Shown: positions 1 to 13,163 of the stretch, piece by piece
How the letters are laid out: each line of letters opens with the position of its first letter
How positions within the stretch are numbered: position 1 is the first letter of the stretch
Assembly: GCA_040437565.1 (NCBI GenBank)
Contig: JBDOQK010000042.1
Span: 248,001-312,000, forward strand
DNA length: 64,000 nucleotides
Direction of reading: 5' to 3'
Source of the DNA: Albugo candida
Lineage: Eukaryota
Translations under genes and position numbers: made by a program
The notes under the pieces: generated by a model
The model's database searches: none
The model's input: the letters and a program-made list of their open reading frames with translations, nothing else
Told to the model about the DNA's origin: nothing

Positions 1-399
1 TGCTAACTATTATGCGGCAAGTCCGATATCGACGCCGCTTGTGTAAAGCTGAAGTATCGTGGACTATAAAAGTATTTTTGCGAAGTATTCAACCGGCATT
101 TCTAGCAGACGCACCCTACAAACAATGTGAATACCGCTTTCACTTCTCCGTAATCGGTCTCGTCTGTCGCCTCCTGCACTCGGAATGCAACCTTTCCGAG
201 GCTGCCAGAGACCTGGCAACAATTCCCTAGCAACTTAAGCATAGTACTGACATCTGATGCTTGCAGTGCGATCGGGAAGAATCGGTTTGAAGCTTCTCTT
301 GCGCGTACTGTTACAACGCAAGCGGGCACAATTGTAAATACTCGAAGAACTTGAAAAATATCGCTTGACTGTTGCTTGAGTGTTGCTCATCCGTATACT

Positions 400-1480
400 A
401 AAAGAAATCTACACCTAAGATCTTTTGTGCGAACGTATTCCTAAGTACACTTGACATTTCCCTTCCGACCTAAAACCATCATTCCCTCACTTCAATGAAG
501 TTTCTCAAGTTATGAAACTCTATATTGTCGCCACTTTCGGGTTCTGCTAAATCCAAATAACAAGTAGCTTCAGCACATCCTCATACATTATCGACAAAAA
601 CTCCATCCAGTCCAACGAACAGCTTGACGCCCTTCTTGTAAATCTCTCACTTCTCAATCTTTTATCAGCGTATGGTGCATCCGAGCAATTGCGTGCGTGC
701 CTTTTCTACCGCCAACAACGCATACTTTTCAGCTTATCCATTCGTGTAGGTTGATTTTCAATAGTTTACTGGAACAGTGATAAAAATAGAGCCACTTCTT
801 GATCTCCGATTCTCGCTCGTGAATTAGACTCTATGCATCTACCCACTCAGCATCTTCAATGTAAGAACATTGTAACAAGAAAGCCATCACGCTACGATTC
901 GGTGATCTTGCCATCCGTGATACTATACTTGGTCTGTTCGGCCGAATTCAATTACCTTTTCATTGCTCATTACATCCCATTGCCAGCACATGCAATATTT
1001 AACAGTAAGTTCTCCTCCTCAGTTTCCTGCTGCCGCTCGACGAAGAGGAAGATCTTGTTCAGATTAGCTGATACATCTTCGATCCCATCTGCTTATCCAT
1101 TTTCAGCAATCGCCACCAATAAATGTACCAAACAACGATTTTGCTCCAATTGTGAGGTTATGATTCTTCGGAATTCAATTAAGTCAACGCGTAGTGGATG
1201 TCAGTAGAGACACATTCACATTCTGTATATATTCGTCTAGTCAAATTTCGCTTCGCAAAGAGAATTTCGCAGATCGGCATCCGAAGTTGAGCTCCCATCT
1301 CAAAATTTTTAAACGCGCTATACAGCGACTCGAATGGCTTTATAAGCTTTCCTGTAATCTACAGAGCATATGCCACGATATCTGTGTATCCAAAAAACAC
1401 TCTTCTTCAGGTATAAAGTCCGTTAAGACCGTAAAAATCGTTTTTGTTCATATTTCGGTAGTTTCCAATAAATGAGAAAC
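400..1480 (-). pseudogene. Possible decayed gene, unidentified
   Basis: Minus-strand reading gives protein-like stretches broken by stops, e.g. HPLRVDLIEFRRIITSQLEQNRCLVHLLVAIAENG*ADGIEDVSANLNKIFLFVERQQE. No family recognised. Confidence 0.2.
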
Positions 1481-2523
1481 GATCGAGCATTCATTAGGAA
1501 CACGATCGTCTATTACTTGTAAGAGGCCCTTTGAAAGATAGTATCGTGTATACCTACGTAAAAAGCGGTAATCGGTATCATTGGTATTTCACTCGCAGAA
1601 TATAAGTAGCGCTAGCCAAACTTAAGTCGGAATTGGGGTACATAGAGTCGTATTTCTCAAATTTGGCTCGATGATTGTTATATAATTGAAATGCATTGAT
1701 GGTTTCGTACATACGTCGCGATAAAAAATTTCGAGTTCTCTGTTACGTCGCACTTTGACTGGTGGATCTGCCGCATAAGTCACTCCAGAGACATGTTCAT
1801 ACCGCACAAGCAAAGAGAAGAATTGATCATTCAAATTGTTTTCAGCTTTCGCTATCTTTTTATTTCGCTGTCTTTTTTTTGTATGACTTAAGGCTCGCTC
1901 GTACAGCATACATTTGCTACTCGACTACATCACATTCGTCATTTTGGTCATTTTGGTCACTAGTACCCATTGACCACCTCATCACAACTAGCCAATCTAC
2001 TGGACTGCACGTTGGGGCCATCTATGATTTTATAGTAGATTTATGAACTCTGTCGACATCCTAAGCAATTTCTATGCCTCTAAAGCCACCTCAGTGGACC
2101 ATCCCATCAGCTCATTTTGATTATTTGGTGAGATCGCACATAAGTACGCCGATTGGCTGGATAGTCAAGTCTTACGAACCTATCGATAAGTAGGGAAGAA
2201 CTTTAGGAGTGAGCTTGACTTCTGCATTTGCATTGCAACTGCGTGTAGGTTTTCGCATTCTCTATATTCATTTTCATATATCTTTCGATATTGAATTACA
2301 ACAATCAACATGTCCGTATTCTTTTTCCATACAAAATAAGAGAAAAGCGAAATTACTCGTGCTCTGCACCTCCTTATCTGTGTATACTATACGTCCATTA
2401 TACAAAATTATATGCGCCTCATATGATAAAATAAGTAGCGTAATCCAGTTAGTCTTCTACTAAATCCTGTACCTATCGTTCTTCTATCAGATACATAACA
2501 TTTCTCATCAAGAAAGCAAAAGA

Positions 2524-3996
2524 ATGAGTGCTCTGTTCCGATTGTGTAACCGCGCCAGTGGGAAATGGAAAGTAAGAAAATATTACAACGTGACCTCTCT
2601 TCACTCCGAAAACGACACTCATCATATCAAACATGTGAGTCCCGTGAGGCAGTACAGCTCCGATCAACGTTATAAAGCGGTTAATCCCGTTCCATCTGAC
2701 ATTCTCTCAAATATCGGTTCAAGTACGGTTTTCTCACCAGGTTTTGCGGCCAAAGAAGATGACAAGCGCTCCGTGAAGGGAAAAGCAGCCTATCTCGATC
2801 TCCAGGCGACCACACCCTTGGACCCTCGCGTGTTGGACGCCATGATGCCATCACTGACCCATGCGTATGGAAACCCACACTCTACCACACATGAACACGG
2901 ATGGGACGCCGGTGCAGCGATTGAAAAAGCACGGGAGCAAGTGGCAAATTTGATACATGCGAGTCCAAAAGAAATCATTTTCACATCGGGAGCGACAGAG
3001 TCCAATAATGCGATACTCAAGGGAGTTGCTCATTTCAGTAAATCCAAGAAACGTCATATTGTGACCACACAAATCGAACATAAATGTGTCTTGGACTCAT
3101 GTCGCATTCTAGAAATGGAAGGATTTGAAGTTACGTACCTTCCGGTACAATCGAATGGAATTATCGACCTCAAGATGTTGGAGGACGCGATCCGTAGTGA
3201 CACTGCTTTGGTATCGGTGATGGCAGTTAATAATGAAATTGGAGTATTGCAACCAATGGAACAAATTGGGACGATATGTCGCAAGCATAAAGTGTTTTTT
3301 CACACGGATGCGGCACAGATGTTGGGGAAATTACCAATTGATGTAGATGCAATGAAAATTGATGTGATGTCACTTTCAAGTCACAAGATCTATGGTCCCA
3401 AGGGAATTGGAGCGATGTACGTACGACGACGACCCAGGGTACGCTTGGAACCGATAATTTCGGGCGGGGGACAGGAAAGGGGATTACGAAGTGGTACTTT
3501 AGCTACGTCCCTTTGTACAGGGTTCGGGAAAGCATGTGAGTTGGCTGGGGCGGAAATGGAAAATGATCATCGATGGGTTAAACATTTGAGTGACAGATTG
3601 TACCAGGGTATCACTTCGCGCATTCCAGATGTTATACTAAATGGGGATCTGAAGCAGCGATATCCGGGCAATCTCAACTTTTCGTTTTCGTATGTGGAAG
3701 GAGAATCACTGTTGATGGCATTGAAGAATATCGCTGTATCCTCTGGCAGCGCATGTACCAGTGCGTCCCTTGAACCGTCTTATGTTCTACGTGCCATTGG
3801 GGTCGGTGAGGAATTGGCACACACTTCGTTACGTTTCGGACTGGGTCGTTTCACCACTGAGGAAGAAGTTGACTTTGCACTGGAAATGTGTGTCACTCAT
3901 GTCAATCGCCTCCGTGAAATGAGTCCGTTGTGGGAATTGGTACAAGAAGGCGTGGATTTGAAATCCATTCAATGGTCGCAGGATGCGTCCCATTAG
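2524..3996 (+). CDS. NFS1: Mitochondrial cysteine desulfurase (NFS1/IscS family), single exon, 490 aa
   Basis: Motifs [28 protein letters not shown]-lysine [22 protein letters not shown] and catalytic SSGSACTS. Basic N-terminal extension resembles a mitochondrial presequence. Confidence 0.97.
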   Translation: MSALFRLCNRASGKWKVRKYYNVTSLHSENDTHHIKHVSPVRQYSSDQRYKAVNPVPSDILSNIGSSTVFSPGFAAKEDDKRSVKGKAAYLDLQATTPLDPRVLDAMMPSLTHAYGNPHSTTHEHGWDAGAAIEKAREQVANLIHASPKEIIFTSGATESNNAILKGVAHFSKSKKRHIVTTQIEHKCVLDSCRILEMEGFEVTYLPVQSNGIIDLKMLEDAIRSDTALVSVMAVNNEIGVLQPMEQIGTICRKHKVFFHTDAAQMLGKLPIDVDAMKIDVMSLSSHKIYGPKGIGAMYVRRRPRVRLEPIISGGGQERGLRSGTLATSLCTGFGKACELAGAEMENDHRWVKHLSDRLYQGITSRIPDVILNGDLKQRYPGNLNFSFSYVEGESLLMALKNIAVSSGSACTSASLEPSYVLRAIGVGEELAHTSLRFGLGRFTTEEEVDFALEMCVTHVNRLREMSPLWELVQEGVDLKSIQWSQDASH

Positions 3997-4731
3997 GTCA
4001 TAATTTGATAACCTGTTCGTATCAATAAAGTTAAAAAACTCATATCTTACTCCAATCGTTACGTAACCTTTAATCGAGAATTTTTCTAACGTGATGGCCG
4101 AAACTGTCGTTCTTCTAGAATAAAGCGATAGAAATCGTCCTACAAAAGTAAAGATCGTGATGCAAAATGCTCTATAGAAATGAACAATGGTGTTTTTTGA
4201 CATATCCTGCAGCTTACTGTCGTATCAATTTATACAACGTTAAACTTGATAGGTTGTCACGCAATCGAGCTAAATAATGGATAATCTCATGATATAGGGG
4301 TACAGGGGATGGGTATCATGGCACGCACTCGTTTCACGTATTTTACCAGCGTGTAAGTAACCCGAGCAACAATCACACATAAACGTAGTCGTATATTGAT
4401 CCCTCATCCTCACACAAACACCTCGCAACGACCGTGAATAGGTGATGGTACGCACTTTGGAGAACACTGACGTACACCCAGCACGTATACAGTCATTGCG
4501 ATATCTTATATGCTTGTGTATGCAGCTAACTCGAGTCACACTCTACGACAAGTGGCGACAGCTACGATACCATGGATAGGTACCATTTTTTTAATGTGCC
4601 AGTTTTCATGGAAAGTACTTGTTGAACTTGGGAGACATTAGGTACCAAGAATAAAAAGAAAAATAAGTTCCAGTGTAATTTTAGTGCCAAAAAAGAAAGC
4701 AAACGCAAACGCAAAACCCAATCACGATCGT

Positions 4732-5382
4732 ATGTGGGTGCCTAAACGGTTTTTGTTATTGTTTAAAAGCAAGAGGAAACGTAAACCATCCAACGTGACC
4801 ACATCTGCGATCAAACCGATACAAAAGTCAAGAGAATCAAGCGCACGACTTTCGAGATCGTCACATCAACCTCCAGTAGTGGAAATCGTCTGGAACGGAG
4901 TTTCGCATTTGGGGTTTACACTAAAACGAAGACGTAACGGAGAAGTTTTGGTGGGACGAATCAAAGACGCATCGGTTCCATTATCTGTCGGTAATGTGCT
5001 CATTTCCATTGGTGGAATTTCTGTCCAGCGACTTAGTCGAAAAGAACTCAAATCTCTCATGATTCACATGTCGAAACCCCTCCTTCTAGTATTTTCAACC
5101 AATCAAGGAACCGAACGACGAGAACGTATGTCTACCAGAGTACATGAGGAAACGCGCGCACTCGACAGCTTTTATGGCGATTTTATGCGAGAAAGTGTAT
5201 GGGATGAGCGCTTATCACAATCACACTCTTCGTATTACTATGCAGATGCCCATGATCCTCATGACCGCACGTCGAATCTCCGAAGAACTTGGGTTCACGA
5301 TGGCGAAAGTAATGGACATCGGACGATTCATCAACCAATACGCAAAAGCGCGCTATTTGTGCGTGGAGGAATCGTAGTATGA
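4732..5382 (+). CDS. Small PDZ-like domain protein
   Basis: First in-frame ATG at 4732 within ORF 4684-5382. The segment VEIVWNGVSHLGFTL...VGNVLISIGGISVQRLSRKELKSLM...PLLLVF follows the PDZ pattern (GLGF-like loop, GDxLxxING-like motif). Confidence 0.65.
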   Translation: MWVPKRFLLLFKSKRKRKPSNVTTSAIKPIQKSRESSARLSRSSHQPPVVEIVWNGVSHLGFTLKRRRNGEVLVGRIKDASVPLSVGNVLISIGGISVQRLSRKELKSLMIHMSKPLLLVFSTNQGTERRERMSTRVHEETRALDSFYGDFMRESVWDERLSQSHSSYYYADAHDPHDRTSNLRRTWVHDGESNGHRTIHQPIRKSALFVRGGIVV

Positions 5383-8300
5383 GCGTGAGGTTTTTTAATT
5401 ACAAGCACGGTACTGCTGTATCGATACTAAACTTAGTATTAGACGATTGCTTATATTTATACGAAAAAGAGAATTTTCAATTTAGCACGTCGTTCATCAC
5501 TTCGTCTCAGGTGTTGGAAATAACGTGCAATGGTTTCAAAACCAATCGGTTTGATGAAAATGAGCAACTTGATTGGCTCAGGCTTGTTTTATTCAAAACA
5601 TAATTGCCGTTTCTAACCACTCATATCGATTTCACACATATCCTCAGCTTGTGCATTGTCCCTCAATCACTAGTCACTGCATAAAATAATAAGTGTACCA
5701 TTTCCGATACAATCGCGTCGATGCAAATGTATTAAGCGGCTGCGCAGCAAGACAGGCGAAAGAAGAGGCAATGACATGCGCATAGCCATTGCGTCTGTTG
5801 ACCTGTTTACAATCAAATTCTTCTGACTGCTTCAAAATTCTTCGGAAATTTTTCCACTGTAAAACACGGAGTCACAAATGTTGAAAAACTAGAGAGCCTA
5901 TATTAATTGNNNNNNNNNNNNNNNNNNNNNNNNNNNNNNNNNNNNNNNNNNNNNNNNNNNNNNNNNNNNNNNNNNNNNNNNNNNNNNNNNNNNNNNNNNN
6001 NNNNNNNNNAATGCAGTCTAATCTAGGGAAAAGTAGACACTAGGATTTGAGGATCCAGGAATCAAGTTCAACACACTCAGCTAATGGCAACAAAGAGTTG
6101 ACTTCGTGACACGAAATGCGATAACGGTATCGTCAACAGGAACGCCTCTCGCCGGTGTGCAGTATGCAGCGGCGCATGTACTTTTTTTTGATCAACGGAT
6201 ACACGCGGTGCAATCTGTGGAAAAGATAACGATACGAAAATCTCAACAGAAGACGTGAGGGAGGTTATGCGTTGATGCGAACTTTTGTACATAAAATAAT
6301 TTGGAAGATGTGATATCATAACATAACATAACCGGAATAAAGAGCATGAAACTTCAACTTGTGAAGAAAGAATGATTGTACATTCAGAGCAGAAGCATTT
6401 TCAAGGGTAAGGCTGAAGAATAAGTGGTTGCTCGCATGGAAATGATCACATTACGAGCCACACACATATCTGCGTACAATGAGCCTCATTTTGTAAAGGC
6501 ATTTGCATCACTACGCAAGCGTTATCAGGCGTCATGGGTGACTGGATAAACCAACCAAAGCTTCGTGTTTGAATGTAAGCGCGTCATCTATGAAGACGAA
6601 TTACATGTGAGGATATTCCACTCACAAGTTTTAGTTTATAGTAAATGTACCAATGGCATGTCGCTCAGACCATCACTCTCAAAAGAGTAATACGAAGAAC
6701 ATCTCACTTCGAGTCGGATTATGAATCCTGAAGAAAAAATGTGCATTCGAGGCACTTAATGTATCATTGACACCAGTATTTGCCCTTCGCGTTTATTACT
6801 CGCAGTGTATCGTCAACAAAGACAGCTACTCCGATTTTATTGCTACATTCAGAGTGAAGCCTTTCGTCACACCTTTTAACCGTAACCAAAGCGTAGAACG
6901 CCTGATTACTGGATACTAATGAATCAAAATAAGACAAGCTCATTTTGGTCGTCAGAGAAGCTAAAGCATCCATCAAAGCACTTTTGATGCCAAAATTGTT
7001 TGCCGGACGAGTGATTTAGCATTCAATGTCAAGTAGCACTAATGCCATGCAAATAAATGGTACCTCAAGTCGTATGCGATGGTGAAAATGCAGCTCATGT
7101 CAGAGGCCTTCATCGCGCACGAAATTCGTACAAGTACTCACCGATGTGGGTATGCTTCATATTGCTGATGTCTTTCAGACTCCACAGGTGACTACATTTG
7201 ATATCATAGTCGTAAATGCGCAAGAAAACAACTTTCAAACAACGAAAGAATTCAATCTCCTTCGGAAGAGACAGTAAAGCCTTTAGAAATTGGCAATATT
7301 TTCTTGAAAATCTGTAAAAGAGCGTCAGAGTACATACGGGATGATAGCCATGCGAGAAACATGAATCATGTATGATATCATCAATGCTTACATCCCAACA
7401 TGAGCAGAAACAAGAACAATGATTGATGCAGATGCGAAGCATTAGCGAAGCTGTCAACTTGCTTAATCCATTCCAATATAAAGCACTCAATGCACGCACA
7501 GAGCGACTACTTGTGAGACGCTCTTCCAACTCAGACTCTGTCGCTCATTTGCTCATGTCGACTTGTTGCCCGACCCGTCAATGACACTAACCGATCGTGG
7601 AATGACCAGTCTTCTCGTCTACCGATCGCTGATAGGATTTGTTGGGTGGTGAATGTCCGCGGCATACCCAGTAGCTATCAGTAGCCGAATACCAAACATC
7701 TTTACAAAGTCGTACTTATAAATAAGACGGAAGACTCTTGTTTTAGAAAAGCTGTTAGTCACTCCAACTAAACTGTGATGCGTAATCGTTCTCGGTATTA
7801 ATCGTTATTGTGGAGTCGTTAGCACTGCCATTAAAACAACCTTCACTTGGAACGCGCTTTCCGCACACGCTCCTAATAGAAAAACTGTTAAGCGAGCGAT
7901 TCACATTACAAAATGATGTGTGTGTGTGCTTCAAATTCAGCGTATCGACGTGACTACAGATCTCATACAGTGTGTAATATGAAGTGTACAGGCTGCCAAC
8001 ATGACATGCAAGTAATCAATGGAGCTCCTCGATCAAGTGTCGCGCTGGTTCTCATCCTGATGGAATGAGTTCGTGTGACTTGGAAATTCGATCACTGCAT
8101 ATCATTCGCTCATCTGGGACATGTAGTTCAGAGCGAACCAAGGTGTCTTCATCTCTAGGAATGACTTCGCGAAAGTACCAGATTCAATATTATAGCTCTA
8201 TCGAATCACATTTAGATACGTTGAACGCAGTCGGAATGCCCCGTTAGATTATCATTAGTGTTTGCCGACCTGTTTAGGAAGAATATTTGGATAACTGAGG

Positions 8301-8772
8301 TGAATGACGGACAAGCGACAGGCGATCTCGGGGAATTGAGCATATAGTTCAAAAATCTTCAATTCCTTCACAGCTATAGGAATTTGAAATAAATCGTGTG
8401 ATTCATGCACGCACAAGACACTACAAATGTCAGCTTTGATGTCATGTTGTTATCTCAATAGCTGAGATTGATCTACATAGAGACGGAATTGCCCATCGAT
8501 TTCACGAATGTGAATCCAAAAAACCGCTGAGGTTACTGGATGAGTCGACTTCTATACTTGAATGCATCAACGCAAAGCTTGAGCTTAACCATCACTTGGC
8601 CAACAACTATCTATACTCAATAGTGTTCAAAAAGAATTTGTTCCACGTGACTTCTGCAAAACCGTTTGATTGCAGTTTGTTTACAGAGGAATAGTCATAA
8701 CCGTGATCAATTCGCTACTGCATAATGATTAGTAATAACGCTGATATGTATTAGAATGTTCTTGAGAATATA

Positions 8773-8861
8773 CGCGTTCTTTTATTGGAAAGTTTTCGGC
8801 GGAACTTTCTCAGAGATATTATAAATATCAATTGCATGGTTGTAGTCCTCACTTTGGATTT
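8773..8861 (+). promoter_or_regulatory. Conserved core promoter of paralog A (reverse CCAAT box and Inr/FPR-like element)
   Basis: Three blocks are shared with the paralog B upstream region: CGCGTT..TTTATTGGAA (8773-8790), GAACTTTCTCAGAGA (8802-8816) and CTCACTTTGGATTT (8848-8861). The last resembles the oomycete initiator/FPR consensus. Confidence 0.6.
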
Positions 8862-8878
8862 GTAAAAGTACCAGAACA

Positions 8879-9168
8879 ATGAACTATTTTCTCTTTTTAG
8901 TGGTGACGATGCTTGGAGCCTCTTATGTATCTGCAAATTCCGGTGAGTATTTTTTTTACATGGAAGAAAAATGGGATGAAATTTATTTCTTGATGCCATA
9001 AATTCAATAGATATGCAATCAGAAGATACGATGCTCAAACAACAGCTTTCGTTCGATGAAGAATCTCCGGCTGAGCAGGCTGAGCAATTTGACCTAGAGC
9101 AAAGCCGTTTTGGAGGTCGACATGGTGGATGGAATGGACGTCGTGGTGGAAGACATGGTCGCTGGTAG
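8879..9168 (+). CDS. Small secreted prepro-peptide, 73 aa, Gly/Arg/Trp-rich tail (paralog A); exons 8879-8942 and 9011-9168
   Basis: Manual splicing with donor G|GTGAGT at 8943 and acceptor CAATAG at 9010 gives MNYFLFLVVTMLGASYVSANSDMQSEDTMLKQQLSFDEESPAEQAEQFDLEQSRFGGRHGGWNGRRGGRHGRW*. Intron position and phase match the paralog at 38856-39278. Confidence 0.85.
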
Positions 9169-9649
9169 TTTGTAAATTGCAAATGAATGACATGCTACTT
9201 GCGTTGAAGTTGTGTTTATGTCCCTTGCAATACTTTACATGTTTTTGTGTCATAAAAATCTTTTCGAGTAATCGCTGCCCATATCATCGTCTTTTTTTCG
9301 TTCCCTCTATCAACCATTCGCTCGATACAAACGTATGCAACCAAAGCAGCAATATTTTCTCACTCGCAACTACGCGTCACAATGCACTCTTCCCTTTTTA
9401 GACTGAACAACTTTGGTATCCTGACATGGATAAATACTCTATATGCTACGACTTGAAGTCATAGAAGTTACAAGATGTGCAGAGACTGCCAAAGTTTGTA
9501 GAAAATAATTTAGGCCTTTTAAATAGAAGAGATGCTATTGATGAAGCGCTCCTTGCTTTTCACGAAAAATATGCTTCTCCATCTAAAAAGACAATTATTG
9601 ATCTTTTCTACACGGACTTTGTTTTTATAGTGTTTCATGTAAGTACTAT

Positions 9650-10341
9650 GGGAGCCGCTATGGCCACAGACAATTCATCTAACCAGTCACAGCTCACAAA
9701 ATTATATTGTTACTAAGTACGCCAGAACTGACGAAGCAGCAAATGAAAATCATACCTTTCGCTCAGCCGACCCCATGTGGTGACATTTTTCAACATATCT
9801 ACCGGAAGATCTCATATTACACCCTTCGGAAAGTATTTGAACAGGTTAGTGTATAAATATTCCCTTTTTCCTACGTGTTTTTTCCAATCACTAAAGTTTC
9901 GCAATGGCAGCTAGAAAAAGCTCGATGTCCAATGGCAACCGGCGCGAAGCCATGCTCTTCTACTTATATTACTAAATACTTTTAATTCTAAAAATAGAAT
10001 TTATATAAGCAAACAACAAATAATTTCTTTAAAAAAAAACGATTTTTTATTTTTCTTAACAGCAACAGCGACCTTTCCAACATCGTAATCCTTAGAGTGT
10101 CTACTATCAACCTACCATATACAGATTTCAGAAAAAAGACCGTACCTGCGCTAGAACAATATATCAAAAACAGCGTAAGAAATAGATTGAGCTCGTGTAC
10201 AAAAGTAGACAAGTGACCTGATTGGCTAGCATACTTAGCATCAATTCAATTTTGTGAGCTGTGATTGGTTAGATCAACTGTCTGTGGCCGTACTAGTTTT
10301 GTCTGTGGCCGTAGTATTTATGTATAGCCATAGCGGCTCCC
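9650..10341. mobile_element. Non-autonomous Mutator-like DNA transposon (MITE 1)
   Basis: 15-bp perfect TIR GGGAGCCGCTATGGC (9650-9664 / 10327-10341). Perfect 9-bp target-site duplication AAGTACTAT (9641-9649 and 10342-10350). Subterminal GGCCACAGAC repeats. No transposase ORF. Confidence 0.9.
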
Positions 10342-11002
10342 AAGTACTATACATGGTAAAGAAAGTGATTTTCTCACAGTGAGGTCTACATGCCCCAAAA
10401 TTCAAGAAATGGTAATGTATCCGTAGAACAAATTTAGAAAGACACGGACATCGCCAAGAATCTTCGCTTTCCGGATCAATGCTACATGTAATCTCATACT
10501 GCTTCGTAAGAAGAAGGGTGTAGGTTCCAAAGAAATGAAATTACGCGCTAGAGCACGCACAAAGGTATAAATAGGGTGCCATTAAGACCGAAAAAAAACA
10601 AGCATCTACCAGACTGCTACAAGCATCTTAATTGACATAAAGTGGTTTTTGTATCAAAGTAAATTGTGTAAAATGGTTGAATGGATATCCGCTGGCTATT
10701 TTGAAGTTCTGTAATGATCAAAATTTAGGTGACTGGTACTAGTTCTTGCGTTATACACCGAGATCAAAGTAAGCTCATGACTGTTTATTGCATCACGCTC
10801 ACGCGCCAACAAGTATCCATCTATGCGCTCTACGACTTGTGGACGTCAAGACACTCGGACCAAACACTTGAAATAATCCGGTCAACTCGTTCGATCTAAA
10901 TAGAGGGGAACCCACTGATTCCCACACGTTTTTTCATAAATCTTTCTCACATTTTTACGCTCAACACGCTATTTCAGCACACACAGACAATCTTAATAAT
11001 CG

Positions 11003-11888
11003 CTAAGAGTGCTTGGAGTCGTCGGGTTTGGCGCGTAGGAAACTTCCGTCTTCGAATTGGATAAACAGAATGCCAGGATATGTTGTGACAATGGTTTCCT
11101 GAACGAAAATTGCAGACATTCTCTTCAAAAATAATCTCACTCGTAAACAATTAGTACAAGAAGTATAGTTTTGTAAAATACCTTCTCGAGTTGTGTAAAT
11201 GCATTTGTTTGATAAAAAAACGAGACATAGGCATGTCAAATTCGAAACTCGTTCATTACTTTGTATACATCGTCTTGAACGTGGTCCAACCCTTGTGAAT
11301 GACTAGAGCACCTGTTCCTCATCACGTACGCACCAAAAGCGCTTCTTACTCTAACACAAAAGCAGTCAAGTCTCAGAGAACGTATCACGTCGTCTCGCTC
11401 GGGAATTTGGTGCAATACATAATTATAATTCTCGGTACCTCTGTCATAAAGTGATGAGGTATCAGCAATCACACGGAAATGATCACGCACGTATGTCGAT
11501 AGGCACCTAGTACGTTGCAATGGGATAACGTAGTTTATGGATTACCTTACATCATGGTATCCTCGGGTATCGATACTTTGCCCACCATAGGATCTGTACT
11601 ACCATCTACATATTTCGGTTCTCTAAACATGGTGGCCAATGACATGAGACGATCTCTATCGCAAATTCTTCTCAAGGGTGATACAGTCTGATCTACGGCT
11701 CACTGAGAAAAGATTTTGCTATCTTTTCGTGGCTTTAGCACTACTACGGACGGATATCCCTCATTACTAGAAACACCAGAAATTGCAGAAATTGCAGAAA
11801 TTGCAGAAATTGAGAACGTAAAACAAGCCGCTGCACCTAATATATCTTGACGTTGGCAGATATTGAATTTTCTGCAGTAACTGTCCAT
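11003..11888 (-). pseudogene. Possible decayed gene (frameshifted, Cys-containing ORF fragments)
   Basis: Consecutive minus-strand protein-like ORFs in different frames (11700-11888, 11236-11520, 11003-11239). Includes YTSCTNCL and a short AGAAATTGC tandem at about 11778-11812. No family recognised. Confidence 0.25.
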
Positions 11889-11942
11889 CGTACACGAAGA
11901 ATAACGAAGACTTTAGTTAGCCAAAGAGAAAAGAGCATACTT

Positions 11943-12952
11943 TTATTCCACTAATCTAACTTTTTGGTTAGAAAACGACACGTAAAATGCGCCTTCGCCG
12001 TACTTCATTAATTTCACTTTGAATAAAGCTATTGCTTCTTGTCCTAAAACGATCGTGTTTAGTTTTCGATCGTAGCGAATCATTTTCTTGTACTTTGCAA
12101 GTCGTAGCCTTATCAAAATTTTAGTCTGATCACCTAGAATCATTGGCAGGGTCATGGGTTGGTACCACGTAAACCAGAAAGGTATCGTGATACCCATTTT
12201 GCTGTAATCAAATACAACTTGAACTTTACAACCACTACTCTGAAGCGAGCCTTCGAGACGCCACCTTTTTTCGCCAGCCTTGACAGGTAGTTTGATGTCC
12301 TCTCCCTCGACAAACAGTATTAAATCACGAATAAACACAAGTGGTTTCACGGTTGGATCGAGGGATGATTCGAGAAATGGCCCGCGTTTTGGGTCATCGA
12401 TTGCCTTCCGGATTGTTATGCTGAATAAGGAACAATCAGGANNNNNNNNNNNNNNNNNNNNNNNNNNNNNNNNNNNNNNNNNNNNNNNNNNNNNNNNNNN
12501 NNNNNNNNNNNNNNNNNNNNNNNNNNNNNNNNNNNNNNNNNTTTTTCGCCAGCCTTGACAGGTAGTTTGATGTCCTCTCCCTCGACAAACAGTATTAAAT
12601 CACGAATAAACACAAGTGGTTTCACGGTTGGATCGAGGGATGATTCGAGAAATGGCCCGCGTTTTGGGTCATCGATTGCCTTCCGGATTGTTATGCTGAA
12701 TAAGGAACAATCAGGATAGTTTGCTCCTGGATGCAGAAAAACTTGTTTCTCTGGTATTGAAAGTTCTTCTATCCGTTTAAAGTAACGACAATTCCAGTTT
12801 ACCGGTTCTGGCATGTAGAATAGTACACCAGAAGGTGTAGTTTCGTCTGCCGTAATGCAATATACTAAACCGGAAGAAAATGGGCATTGATCGTTCCCAG
12901 AATGCACAAAAATGTGGTGATAAAGGGGTACAGCAAGCAGGTTCTTAAGCAT
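11943..12952 (-). CDS. Orphan protein, about 244 aa after collapsing the gap duplication; possibly secreted
   Basis: ORFs 12416-12952 and 11943-12350 share identical duplicated sequence (offset 275 nt) across the gap at 12442-12541. Merging them gives one intronless 735-nt frame MLKNLLAVPLYHHIFVHS...KVRLVE*. No family recognised. Confidence 0.6.
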
Positions 12953-13163
12953 GACGGACTTTTAATTTTGATTATCAGACTTTTATAAGGCATTATAAAG
13001 GGAGCCTTTAGTATTCACNNNNNNNNNNNNNNNNNNNNNNNNNNNNNNNNNNNNNNNNNNNNNNNNNNNNNNNNNNNNNNNNNNNNNNNNNNNNNNNNNN
13101 NNNNNNNNNNNNNNNNNNCGGACTTTTAATTTTGATTATCAGACTTTTATAAGGCATTATAAA

